NCBI GenBank assembly: GCA_002104945.1
Contig: MCFH01000047.1
Span: 186,001 to 250,000 of the forward strand
Length of the DNA stretch: 64,000 nucleotides
Direction of reading: 5' to 3'
Source: Piromyces finnis finn
Lineage: Eukaryota; Fungi; Neocallimastigomycota
The position numbers were made by a program, and so were the translations under genes. The notes under the pieces are model-generated. The model was not told where the DNA came from and did no database searches. It was given only the letters and a program-made list of their open reading frames with translations. Shown one piece after another: positions 42,952 to 59,545 of this stretch (within the stretch, counting starts at the first letter, position 1; each line of letters starts with the position of its first letter).

Positions 42952-45900
42952 CTTGTTTTATTGTTTTTTTTATTATTGTCGTTATTTGTTGTTTATATTT
43001 TAAGATATATTATTTATTAGAATATATATGTATATATTAAAAATGAATCTATATATTTTCCGTTATTTTATTTATTTATTTTTAAAACGTCCAAATATAC
43101 GATAATATTTTATCAATAACGTTATGAGTGATTATTTAGAATTATTATTATATTTATTAATATCATAATTTTAAAATAGGAATAGAGTGTAAATAAAAAA
43201 AAAAAAAGTTAGTATTTTATAATTTTTATAATAATAAGTTTTATATTTATTTTATTATATATTTATTTTTTTTTCAACAAGCTTTAAAATGGTTATTAAA
43301 TTAATTCCATTTTATTTATTTAGTTTTCTTTTTCTTCTATATCTTTTTTTTTTCATGTTTATATTGAAATAATTTTTATTGAATATTATTATTACTATTA
43401 TTATTATTATCATTTCTTTATTTAATTTGTTTAAATAGAATTTATTATAATCTCCCTCTTTTTTTTTTTTTTTATTAAATTTCAAAGCTTTTTCAATAAC
43501 TTTTATCATTTTCTTTATTGATAAATTGTTCAAGTGCTTTACTTTTTTTTTAACGTACTGTTTTAAATTTTTAGAATTTTAATGTTTTCACCAAAATGAA
43601 ATTTTTAATAAATAATTATTATTATTTTTATAAGAAAAAAATAGAAAACTAATTGTTGAAATTTAAAATTTCTTTTTTTTTTTTTTCTTTAAAAAAAAAT
43701 AAAATTTCTTGTTGATTTCAATATTTTTTATTTTTATTATTTTTTTTACCTTCTTTTTTTTTAATTTTCTAATATTTTAAAATAAAAAAAAAAAAAAGAT
43801 TTTATATTTTAATTGAAAAACCAAAAAAAAAAAAAAAAAAACTTTTAAAAAAAATAGTTTTAAACTTTTTTTATTTTATAAAAAAAATCCAAGATTTAAA
43901 TAATTATAATAAAAAAAATTAAATGTTTTTTTTTTTTTTTTTATATTTAATATTTAAATTATAATATTTTTATTAAATTAAAAAAGAATTTCAATTTAAT
44001 TATATTAAAAATGAAAAAATAGAATTAATTTAAAATTAAATGATTAAAGCACTACAATATATTACAAATGAAATGAAATATATGATACACACATATTATT
44101 ATATATAATTATTTCTATTGTATTTTAATAAAAAAGTACTTTTTTTATTTTAATTAAAGATTGACTTTTTTCAAAATAAGAGTTATAAATAACTTTTATT
44201 TTTATATCTATTACCCATTGTATATAGTTATTATCTAAATATAAAATATCCATAATATTCGTTTTTTTTAACTTTAATCTATATGTATTCGATCATTAAA
44301 AGGATGTTAATTTTTTCATCTTTTAAAAAAAGTAAAAGAATCATTTTAAAAGATACTTTTTTTTTTTTTACTTTCTTTAGCCATCATTTGTTATGACGAT
44401 TTAGCTGTAAAAAAAAAAAAAAGAGTATGGTTTATTATCGTGGAATATAAATTATTAATATAAATATTTTTTAATTATTATTATATTATTATCATTATAT
44501 ATTAAATGAATGTTAAAGTTAATCATTTAGTCACTATTTTTTTTTTTTTTACTTTCTTTTTTAAATGATGTTTTTCTTCTTTTCAAAAAAAAAAAAAAAA
44601 TCTGTCAATGTAATAGAACATTAATTTTTATTAATACCTTAGTCATTTATCCTTTTTTATTATTATTAAAATAAAGAAGATTAAAAGTAAACAACTTTTT
44701 TTTTTAAATATTTTTTCTGTAATATAGGAATCATTGGAATGGATAATAAAAATTCATAGGATGGTTCATTCATTTCTTTTTTGTATTTGTTTTGTTATTA
44801 TAGTTCTATTTTTATACAATTTTCTTTAAACTTTTATCAAACTTTAAATTTATATATCTTTTTTTTTATTTGTTTTTAATAATTCTCAAATTTAAATAAT
44901 GATTTTTATAATATTTGAAACAAAAAACATAATAAAAAAAAAAAAAACATCATTCTTTTTCTTTTTTTTTTTTTTTTTATTTTTAAAAAATAAAATATAT
45001 AATAAAATTATAGAAAAATATTATATGTATATAGAATGTCTATTTAATATTATTCATACTTTTAATTTATGATATTATAAGGGTTTATAAATATCTTAAA
45101 GATATAGATTTTTGATGATATAAGAATTAAATCATAAGACAATAATGAGGTCGTGAAAGAATTTTTATTTTATAATAGTATATTCATTTCTATTTAAAAT
45201 TTATTATTCTTTATCTATTTAAAAATGTCATCTATTTTTTTTTTTTTTTTTTTTTAAAAAGAATGTTTAAATGATCCCACCTTTGGGTGGTGGTTCATTT
45301 ATGCAGAAAACAAAAAAAAAATTTTTTTTAATAATTTTTTTGCACTACATACAACATACACCCATTAAGATTTGATAGAAGGAAACAAAAATATATATAT
45401 ATATTTTTAAAAGTTTTTACTTTTAATATATATCATTTATGTATGCAGTATTTATGTAATGCTTATTTTTTTTTATGAAACATTTTAGAATTAAATAAAA
45501 AAAATAATATAAAATTAAATATACACTATGTAATAATAATAGAAAATATACTTGTAAATTTAATTTTATATAGAATTTAGTTTTAAAATTATCAAATTTT
45601 ATATAAATTTAAACTTTCTAATAATAGGTTTTGATGAAAAAGAACAAAAAAAAAATTCTAAATAATATATTATTAAAAGGTATGTCTTTGAGGGAAAAAA
45701 AAGAATCAATAAGGATAACAAATATAAATAAAATTTATTTATATATATAGAATCAGTTTATTTTATTCTTTATAATATATCATTCATCATTTTAAAGTCA
45801 ATTTTGATTTTAAGATAAATAAATAATAATAAAAAAAACATTTATATATATTAGTGTATTAATAAGATATAATTATTTTCGAAATAAAAAAAAGAATTAT

Positions 45901-46186
45901 AAAAAGTAAAGGATTTAAGTTTAAAACCTATGGTTCAATTTTAATAGTTTTTTTTTTTTATTATTATTATTATTCAATAAGAATTTATCCACTTTTTTTA
46001 ATAATTTTTTTTTTAATAAAAAGTTTTTATTCTTTGTTTTATATATTAAGCAAAGCGTTAATTGTTTAGTATTTATAGTATTGTATTATAATAATTTCTT
46101 TCTTTTTTTTTTTTTAAAAAAAGGGATAGAGAAAAAAGTAAGAATATTATATATTACAAAAAAAAAAAAAAAAACGTAATAAAGAA

Positions 46187-46218
<32 letters not shown>

Positions 46219-46283
46219 GGTTATTGCAAGTATATATATATAGATAGATAAAAATTTTTATTTAACGAAAAGACGAAATCAAA

Positions 46284-49333
<3,050 letters not shown>

Positions 49334-50864
49334 TTAAAATAATTATATATTTCTATCTTGGTTTTCTTTTTTTTTTAAAAAAAAAGAAAAAATAATTGTT
49401 AAAAATTTTAGGTTTTCAAAGATATTATTTTATATATTATAGATAGATACATGTATTTTATATAAAAGTAAAGAAATTTTTTTAAAGTATTCATAGAAAA
49501 TTTAAATATAGAGTATTTTATTGTTTAATAAAAACTTATTTTATGTAGTCTTTTTTTTTTTCTAGAATTAATCTTATAAAAAATGTAATTCATTATCGTT
49601 ATAAATGTTTATAAAAATAAAAAAAAAAAAAAAAAAAAATTATATTAATAATCAATGGATTATAGAGAATTATTAAATATTTTTTTATTACTAATCATTA
49701 ATAATAAATTCTTATATTTACATTTCTCGGTCTAATGGATTGAATATTATACTTTTTAAAAGAATATAAACACCAGAAATACGTTTTTCCTATAACAACT
49801 TTTCCCGAGTTAAAGAATATCAGTAAAAAAAGAAAAAAAAAAAAAATCAATGAATTGTAAATGCTCTACAAATCTAATTTATTTACATTAATTATTTATT
49901 GTAAATTAATTTAAAGAATGACTATTTATATAAATATTATGTTTATCTAATTGTCCTTTTTAAATACCTTTTTTTTTTTTTTTTTTTTACTTTCTTTTAT
50001 TTAAAACATTTTCTTTTTATAAATAATAATAAAATAAATGAATAGATTCATAATTAATTTAATAAATCATTTAATTAATTAATAAATGAATAAATAATTA
50101 AATATTTTAATAAATTAATTAATAAATGAATTTTTTTTTTAATTATAAATAAAATTTCTTTTCACGTTTTCAATTTTAAAAAGCCAATTTCTAACAAAAA
50201 AAAAAAAATAAAATAAAATTAGAATATGCCAAAATGAAAAAGAATAGGTAGGAAAAAGTTTTTTTAAAAAAAAAGATAGTTAAATAAGATTCATAGGAAA
50301 TACTTTTTTTTTTATTTTATTTTACTTTTTATAGTTTAAAAGATCAATGTCAATGCTTAAATGGTTCATCCCTACCACCATCAAAAAAAAAAATTTTTTT
50401 TATAGTTTTTGAATTAAAAAAATTTTTTTTAAACCTTTTTCCATTTCAAAAGAAAAAGGCAGTTTGGTTCATTTCACCAAATAAAATATACGTTTTGTTT
50501 GAATAGTGACTAAGAAAGATCATCCTTTTCTTTTTCCTTTTTCCTTTTTTTTTTTTTTTTTTGTCCAAAGTGTGCAGTGTCATGTCATTTAACCTTTTTT
50601 TTTTTTCATTGAATGTTGAATCATTTATATTATTCAATATAATTTAATATATGATTGAGTGGATTGCATCATATAATAAGAGTACCCAGGATTTTTACTT
50701 TTTATTCATGCATGATTTTTAGACAATAGGAAAAATTCAATATATTAAAAAATGATAGAATATAAATAATATATTGTGTAATATATGATGGAATCAATTA
50801 TAAAATCAATAGAAAAATACATGATTTTTTTATTAATACAATAAATAAATAGATAAATAAATAT

Positions 50865-51085
50865 TAATGAATGAATAATTAATAAATAAATAAATTGATG
50901 AATGAATATTAATGAATGAATAATTAATAAATAAATAAATAAATATTAATAAATAAATAACTATTAATAAATAGATATATATATAAATATGAATAACTAA
51001 ATTGATGAATGAATATTAATGAATGAATAATTAATTAATTAAATAAATATTAATGGATAAATAAATAGATAAATAAATAAATTTA
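50865..51085. repeat. Degenerate (TAAA/TGAA)n satellite with an internal duplication
   Basis: ATTGATGAATGAATATTAATGAATGAATAATTAAT occurs at about 50894 and at 51001. Similar tracts lie at 23380-23480 and 50030-50130. Confidence 0.7.
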
Positions 51086-51703
51086 ATATTAAAAATTTAT
51101 TAATAATAAAAAAAAATTCATTTTTTAAAAAAAAGACTTTTTTTCCTTTTTTCCTTTTCCTTTTTTTTTTTTGACTTTATAGATTGTAGAACATTTTAAC
51201 TTTTATTATATATAAATATTCAGTTTTATTTTTTTTATTTTTTTAAATAATATTTCATTTTATACTCATTTTTACAACTTTGAATAATAAACTAAATGTA
51301 AGAAACTAAACCAAATACACCTGCCTCAATTTTTTTTATAAAAGTATAAAACAGGCAAGAAAAAATAAATAGATAGATAGAAAGAGAGAAAGAGAGAGAG
51401 AAAAAAAAAAGCAACACTATATATTTCGGTTTATATATAACATTATCGGTGAATTCGTTTATTTTAGTATTAATAATAAAAACAATAATTATAGGAAAAA
51501 AAAAAAAAAAAGTGAAATGAATTGTTAAAAATTATTCAAAATTATGTATTCTTTAAAAATTTATTGTTATACAACGAGACTTGAAAAAAAAAAGCTTGTC
51601 AATTTTACCTTATATAAATAAAATTATTAAAAAAAAGAAACTTGTCAATCTTACTTTATATAAATAAAACTAATACTAAATTTATTTTTTATATATAGCC
51701 AAA

Positions 51704-52487
51704 ATGAATGCTGATATTATTGATATGTCAATTTTTGGTCAAATCCTTGAAATGGACGAAGATGAAAACGATAGATCTTTCAGTAGAGATTTAATTATTA
51801 ATTATTACCAACAAGCTATCGAAACTTTTCAAAAAATGGATATTGCTTTGTAATTATTATCTTTTTTTTTTTATATAATACCTATTTTGTTTGAAAGCTA
51901 AAAAAATTTTCATTTTTTACCAATAACTAATAAAAACGTATATATATGTATTTATTTATGTGTATATGTGTATATATGTATATTTTATATTTATTAAATA
52001 TAGAGCTTCTTCCGACTTACCTTCCTTATCTAATTTAGGTCACTTTTTAAAGGGTAGTTCTTCCTCCTTAGGTATTGTTAAGGTTAGACAAATTTGTGAA
52101 CAAATTCAACATATTGGAAATTTAAAAGAAGGTAATGGTACCGGTGAAATTAGTCCAGCTGATGCTTTAAGTAGATTACCAATTCTTGTTGATGGTGCTA
52201 AAAGAACCTTTATTGAAGTAAAAATATATAATATATGTTCACCTTTATAAAAAATTTATCCATATTATTATTATTATATTCATAAAAATAGTAGTGTTAA
52301 AAAAAATTAACCAACTTTTTTTTTATTTTTATATAATCTATTACGTTTTAAATGTAATAATTTTCCTTTATCAATTTTTATTATATCTATATATAAAATA
52401 TATATAAAATATTGAAAAAAAAAATTCTATTTATCAATGTATCAGGCCAAGGACTATTTAAATTCATTTTATCATATTCAAATGTAA
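51704..52487 (+). CDS. YPD1: Histidine phosphotransfer (HPt) protein Ypd1, 133 aa, 3 exons
   Basis: Exons 51704-51849, 52004-52217 and 52446-52487 (402 nt). Motifs IIDMSIFGQILEMDEDE, LSNLGHFLKGSSSSLG (phospho-His) and CEQIQHIG. Confidence 0.95.
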
Positions 52488-53588
52488 AAAAAATAAAAAA
52501 TAAAAATTAAACAGGATTTTTAAATTATTATTTTTTTTTTTTAAAAAAAAAAAGAATTAAAACCAAAATCGAAACTAAAACAAAAAAACAAAAAACAAAA
52601 AACAATAACAGAAATTGAAACAGAAACGAAAACCGAGGAATTAAATTCCAATGATAAAAAAAAATAATTATAATAAAAAAATAGATATAAATTAAGATAA
52701 TTATTATCAATAGTTTGCTTCATAAAGTTAATTCAAAATAGTATGAGGAAAGCACCCTTTAAAACTTTAAAAGATCAACTATTAATAATAACAGCAATAA
52801 TAACAATAAAAATCTAATTCAAAATATCTTTTAATATAATCAAAAAATATATATATGTTTATAATAAAAAATATAAAATTAATACTAATAATTTAATTTA
52901 ATATCAATTTATTATTATTTATTAGAATAATAATAATAATAATAATAATAACAGTAATAAAGTTAATAATATTTTTTTATTAAAAAAAAAAAAAAGGAAT
53001 AAAAGTAAAAAGTATATGGAAAAAAAAAAGGTAAAAACATTATCGTTTATATTTAGAAAGTAATAAAGTCTTTTACAATTTTTTTTTGGCTTTATTTCAT
53101 CCATACTACATTTGAATTGTTCCTTTTTTTTTTATATATCAAAGAAAAAAAAAACATTAAAAAAAAAATTAAACTAGAATATAATAATAATTTTATATAG
53201 TATTTATATATATCTATAAAAATATAAATATATTATAATATAAAACTCTTTTTTTTTTTTTTTTAAAAAAAAAATTATCCAAAAAGAAAAAAAGAAAGAA
53301 ATAATAATTATAGTTATAATAGTTAGTAATAATAGCAAAATAAAAGTAATAAAAAATAAAAAAATAAAAATAATAAAAAAAATAATAATAACAATAATAA
53401 TAATAATAATAACAATAATAATAATAATAATAATAATATAAGAAAATATAATTAATCAAATATTGATATTTATTAATATATATATATATATTTTAATACT
53501 AATACATATCGTAAATAAATAAAGAAAAGAGAAAATAAAATAAAAATAAAAAAATAAATAAATATATATAGTTATAGTAAAGATAAAT

Positions 53589-54651
53589 TTAAAGTATAAT
53601 TTTTATGTGTTGTAAATCGATGGAAGAATCAGTAGGAGAAGGATTCTTGGTCATTCTTTTATGAAATAATTGATACAAGGCATCTTGATTTTCTTTTCGT
53701 AAAAGATGGACTTTTTTTTCAAGTTTTTTCAAGGTTTGTTGATCTTCTTCAATACCTTGAGTGATATGATAAAGATAAAGATTATCATCATCATCTTCTT
53801 CTTTTTCTTCTTCTTCTTCATTTTCTTCCCTTTTTTCTTTTTCCTTTTCCTTTTCTATGAAAAGATATTTTTTTTCATTAGTTTTTAAGGATGCTTTTTG
53901 TGGAGGTGTTTTTTCTGTTGTTAAAGTTAATATGGAAGAAGAAGAGGAAGAAGTATTTAAATTTGGTAGGGAAATTTTTTTCTTTATTGAGGAAGGATCA
54001 TTGGTAGTAGAAGAGGATTCATAAAGGGAAGATAGGGGGTAAGTTTCATTTAAAGAAGAAGAAGAAATGGTATTTAATTTTTGATTAGGTTTTATTTTTA
54101 ATTTTGATTTTAATTGAGATGAATTTTCAAAATTTGAAAAAGAAGATACGGAAGAAGATGATGTTGAAGAGGATGATAATGACGTGGATGAAGGAAGATA
54201 TTGATAATAAATGGTGGGATGAAGGATGACGGATTTCACCTTGGTAGAATCATTAAAAATAGGATGAGTGAAATTAATTTTTAGAGTTGAAGTCGATAGA
54301 GTATGATTTTTTTCCTTTTGGTTATCCTCCACCACCACCTCCTCCTTTATTGAATTTTTTGGGGATAGGAAGGAGGAGGATAAAGAATTTTGAAGAGTAT
54401 TTTCAAAGGTTGAATAGTTTAAAAAGGAAGGATAAAATGCAATAGTTTGAGGGTCCGATGACTGACAAGATAAATATTGATATTGAAATTGTGGGGAAAA
54501 TGGTTTAATTTTTTGTGAAGCTGGTATTTTTGATTCCTTTTTAAAAGTAATAAGAATATTTTCTTTGAAAAAGGATTTAAATTGTTGAACCTGATCTAAT
54601 AAATTCATTAAAATTTTTTTCTTGTTTTGTATTTGATAATTATTTCTTCTA

Positions 54652-54682
<31 letters not shown>

Positions 54683-56959
54683 ATATAATTTGATATGATA
54701 ATAAATAAATGAATAGAAAAATAGATAATTAGAAAAATAGGATAAATAAAAATATAATAATAATAGTTTGAATATTTTCCATTTTTTTTTTTTTTTCAGA
54801 GTTTGATTATAAACATTTGGTATTTTGAGGTGATTAATAAATGAATTAAAAAAAAAATAATATGAATTAAAAACAATATTAGAAAATAAATAGAGGTGTA
54901 CCTAAGATGATGATGATGTTGATGATAATGATTTCTTTGTTCCTTTTTATATTCATTAAATACACTAGACTTTTATAATTTAAATTTAAAATAAATAAAT
55001 AAAAAATAAAATATTAAATATTTATTAGAGTCTTTTTTATTAAAAAATATATATATATATTTCAATAAATTCAAAATAGCTATTTATTTTTATATATATG
55101 ATGTATATAACAATAATAATAATGTTATATTTATTTACCATCCATTTCCAAAGATAATATTCTTTAGTATATTGTATGACAAGTTGATCAAATTGTTCTA
55201 TATCTTGTTGAAGATGGAACAATGTTTCTTCTTTTAACCCTTCCTCTTTTTCATATAAAAAACTATTCATACTATGAATAGTGATTTTTCTGGAATGAGA
55301 AGCTGATTCGGTGGAAAGACCATTAGAAATTAATAATTCTTTAAGAAAAGGATGAATATTTGATGTTGATGATGATGTCGACACCGACGATCTATTCTTT
55401 ATCTTTTTTTTAATAAAATATTGATAGTAAGATACGGAAGGAAGGGGAAAAGAAGATGATGATGACGTCAATGATCCATTAGAATCCAATTGTTGTTTTT
55501 GAAATTGATATAAAATTTTACAACGAGTTTGTTGTAACGTATATATTGATCGAAGTTGATATTTTATTTGTTGATTTAAATATTGAATAGAATAAAATTT
55601 ATCTTTTAACTTTTTTTAGTCGTTTTTTTTTTAATAAAGATAATAAAAAGTTTTAAAAAAAATGAATTGGTGATAATAATATTAAATAATAATGATAATT
55701 AATATTAATAATAATGAAAATAATATAATAATAACCATTATATAATAATATTAAATAATAATAATAATAAGGAAATATAAAATTACATTTGAAGTATTTT
55801 CTTTTAAAGGATACAGAGGGTCAGTTAATGTAGTTGAATAATAATTCATAGAGGTATCCTGAGTAAAAATATGTTGTGCTATGGTTTGAGGAGGGAAACG
55901 ATTCAAAATAAATGTAGAAGGATATGTTGTGGAAGAAGAAGATGTTGATGATGACGTTATTCTTTGATTTATATTCGATTTTTGTTGTTTTTCCTGTTTT
56001 TTCTGTTCTCCTTGACCTTCTTGTTGTTGTTGTTGTTCTTTTTCTTTTTTTTCGTTTTTTTTAGATTTAATCTCCGTCACTTTTGAAAATACATTTAAAA
56101 AAGAAAGTGACCAAGCAATAATAAGTAATAATTCTCTGAAGGAAAATAAGAAATTTAATAAATTAATATATATTGTATTAGTAATAGAATAGAATAGGTT
56201 TTGAATACCCTTTATAATATCTACAACATAGTTATAGATTAAAAATATATATATATAAATAGTCTATAGAGATAGATAAAATTAATCTACCTTGATGTAT
56301 ATTCCTCATAACTTTTAGAGTAAAAACAAAGTAATGGAAAGGAAAATTTCTTTAATAGGGTAGAAAGAACTAAATTTTTTAATGAATCTTTTGTTTCTTT
56401 TCTACCTAAAATAAAAAATATATAAAAATTTATTAATTTTTAATTTAATAATAATTATTAGGAATAGAGATAATAATGATATTACTATTGCTATTACTAA
56501 TTCTAATGAAATAATGACGTTTAACTAGTATATAAGAATTAAATATATTCTTTTTTTTTTTTCTTCTTCTTACCATTAATTTCTAAAACTTCTTTTAAAA
56601 TAAATTTTTCATATAATTTTTCAATAATTATATATAATGATTCTTTCTATTTTGACAAATTTTTAATTAATTGAGGGATGGATAGATAGGTTTAGAATAG
56701 ATTTTAATATAGATTTAAAGAAAAAGAAAATAATGAAATAATGAAATAATGAAAAATGAATATAGTTAATATATTTTATAGGAAAAAAATTTTTTTTTAA
56801 AAAAAAATAAAGGTAGAAATTTACCACAGAATTATCATTGAATTTACTTTTTCTTATCACCTCTGCTTTCACCCTCACATGTAAATAAGAATAAATAGTA
56901 TCTACAAAATATGTTAAAAACAATTTTGTATTGATTGTTCCTTCTTTATTTTTATTCAT
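53589..56959 (-). CDS. TEDC1: Tubulin epsilon and delta complex protein 1 (TEDC1/C14orf80)-like protein, 756 aa, 7 exons
   Basis: Exons 56959-56825, 56646-56574, 56405-56291, 56135-55787, 55609-55139, 54969-54902 and 54648-53589 sum to 2271 nt in frame. Ordered blocks EVIRKSKFN, SRELLLIIAWSL, IQYLNQQIKYQLRSI..LQQTRCKIL and YYLWKWMSSV match human TEDC1 blocks as I recall them (EIFRRAKFD, SRELLLALSWLL, VQWLMGKLRFRWRQL..QQEQCALL, FWRWMDTV). Needs an HMM check. Confidence 0.7.
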
Positions 56960-57319
56960 AATACTACTCGTTTTAAATAAATGTTTTGTATATCTATAAC
57001 AGAAGTATCCCTATTTTTCATAGTATAACATTTATAGTGGAATGTTTAAAATAATAATAAAATAAATCAATAATTATCTATATGGGTGGGTGGATAGGTT
57101 TAGGTGTGTAAGTGTATATTTATATATATATATTTTTTTTTTATAAATTTTAAATTATAATTTTTAAATTTGAAATTTTAAATAAAAAAAGAAAAGTTTT
57201 TAAAAATTTAAAAATAAAAAATTTAATTAAAAAAAATAAAATTAAAAAAAATACATTTTAAATTAAACTGAAAATTTAATTTGTTAAAAATTGGAATTTT
57301 TTTTTTTTTTTTTTTTTTA

Positions 57320-57400
57320 ATTTCAAAATAAATTTCAAAATAAATTTCAAATTGATTTCAAATTTGATTTTCAAATTGATTTTAAATTGATTTTCAAATG
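57320..57400. repeat. Array of about 7 imperfect 11-12-bp units ATTT(T)CAAA(A/T)T(T/A)(G/A) in the divergent TEDC1-like/NTAQ1 intergenic region
   Basis: Reads atttcaaaataa x2, atttcaaattg, atttcaaatttg, attttcaaattg, attttaaattg, attttcaaatg. Confidence 0.8.
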
Positions 57401-57766
57401 TGTTTTTTTTTTTTTTTTTAATTTAGACATTTATTTATATATATATATAAAAAGCAGTTTTATTAAAAATAAATTTAATTTTTGAAAAGAAGAATATATA
57501 TTTATATAAATATCTTTCAAAATTAATCTACCTCTTTTTTTGGCCTATTTATCTATCTAGCTATAAAGCAAATTATAAAATTTCTTTAATTTTTATTTTC
57601 ATTATTTTATCCTTGAACACTATCTTTTTATTATTATTATTATTACCATTGTTATTACTATTATTATTACTATTTACTATTTCAATTTTTTTTTTAAAAA
57701 AAAAAAAAAAAAAAAAAGCAAGCATTTACCGAGAGAAAATTAAAAATTAAAAATTAAAAAAAAAAA

Positions 57767-58153
57767 ATGTCAACATTTTCAAAAAGTGATTTTATCTATA
57801 CTTCTTGTTATTGTGAAGAAAATGTATATAAACTTTGTGAAACCTTACATGAAAAATTTTCCATTCCTTTATCAAAAATATATGCTATCTTTATATCTAA
57901 TGAAGATAAACAAGTAATTATTATTCAAAAGATATTAATAATTATCTATTTTTTTTTTTAAAAAAAAAGTGTTATTCTTCTTCAACTTTTAAAAAGAGTA
58001 ATAATAATAATAACTCTAAAATAATAAATTAGGTTTTATTTTGGAAGCAGAAAAACCAAGTAGATCATTTTTATCCAGTTGTTTGGGTACCTTTTGTTTT
58101 TTTCTATATCATTTAATTTATTTCAATGTCAAAATTTAAATTTTAATTTTTTA

Positions 58154-58184
<31 letters not shown>

Positions 58185-58596
58185 CATTGGTTATATTTTC
58201 TATCACTTTAATAATATTAAAATAATATAATATATATTCATTTCAAATTTTTTCACCATAACAAGGATTATCATGTTATAGCACTTATAAAAGGAGAAAA
58301 AGGGTATATCCATTATATTTAAAAATAACAATATCATTTTATTACTTTCAATGCAATATTCTTAAATCTATTTATATATATCCTTGAACTTCTGTATTAT
58401 GGAATAAAATAAAATAATAATAAAGTGAACCCAATATTATTTTTGATTTAGATTCTACACTTGAATTTCCTTGTGATTTTAATGTCTATCTTTTAAGTGC
58501 CATTTACCCACGTCGTTTTGCCAGAATTGTACAAGAACATCAAGCGTAATAGATAAAAAAAAAAATTTTTTTTTTTATATATTTAATATAATGGGC

Positions 58597-58631
<35 letters not shown>

Positions 58632-59000
58632 ATTCAATTATAATAAATACAAAAAACAATAATAATACTAATTATTATTGAATAAATATTATATTGGAAA
58701 AAAAAAAATAGATATTTTAGAGTGATTCCAGCCGAGATGTATTTAAGTAATTTTGCTTCGGATAGAAGTCATATGGTAAAAAAAAAAAAAAAAAAAAATT
58801 GAATAACAATATTAATAATAAATAAAATGTAAAAAAAAAAAAAAGAAATAATGAATTGTTTATTAAATATATATATATAAAATAGTTGGATGAACAAGGA
58901 AATTGGTTACAACCTCCACCAGACTATGAACCCATTAAAACAAAAGGTAATCATCAATGAAAATAAATAAAAGTAATAAATATCTATCTATCTCTATTAG

Positions 59001-59036
<36 letters not shown>

Positions 59037-59191
59037 TGAAATTTATATCTTTTTTTTTTTTTCTCTATTTTATAAAAGATTGTACCATGAATATTGATCA
59101 TTTTATTAATATGACCAAGAATACTTCTTCTAATCAATACGGAACTGTTTATACCCTAAAAGAATTCATTGAAATTTTTATGAATCACTAA
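57767..59191 (+). CDS. NTAQ1: Protein N-terminal glutamine amidohydrolase (NtQ-amidase, WDYHV1), 198 aa, 7 exons
   Basis: Exons 57767-57913, 58033-58086, 58266-58303, 58426-58545, 58712-58775, 58886-58946 and 59079-59191 (597 nt). Motifs YTSCYCEENVYKLC (catalytic Cys), VVWDYHVI (His), FDLDSTLEFP (Asp), FRVIPA..YL.NFASDRSHM and W..PPP.Y. Confidence 0.95.
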
Positions 59192-59320
59192 GGAAAGAAA
59201 AGAAAAAAAAATTATAAAATTATAGCCATGATTAAACAAATTTTATTTAATAGTGAAAACACATCTACATGTAATAAACTAAAAAAAAAAAAAAAAATAA
59301 AGTAAAATAAAAATATTAAC

Positions 59321-59470
59321 TTTTTTTTTTTTTAAAAAAAAGGCATCAAATATTTTTTTAAACTTTATTATACTACTACATTGTTATAAAAAATAAAAAT
59401 AAAAATGAAAAAAATAATAGGTTTAAATAACTACAAAGATATAAAAATTGGGTATAATATATTCTAGTAA
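59321..59470 (-). mobile_element. Degenerate 3'-UTR-only remnant (copy C) of the LINE family with its poly(A) tail
   Basis: T13 at 59321-59333, then GGCATCAAATATTTT...AAAAATTGGGTATAAT.TATTCTAGTAA, homologous to the 3' ends of copies A and B. Confidence 0.8.
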
Positions 59471-59545
59471 CTAAAGTTTTTTTTTTTTTTTTAAACTAGG
59501 AAGAGAAGACACTTCTTGTATTTATTTAATTTCTTTATTACTTTA

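Noticed and set aside
44728-44782. Possible exon ESLEWIIKIHRMVHSF resembling a PH-domain helix, plus a micro-exon candidate at 44381-44406
   Set aside because: I could not link them in phase to a start codon or to the anillin-like gene.
50562-50610. CPKCAVSCH resembling a C1 or piggyBac Cys-rich motif
   Set aside because: The final Cys is missing, it is embedded between poly(T) runs, and there is no surrounding ORF or terminal repeats.
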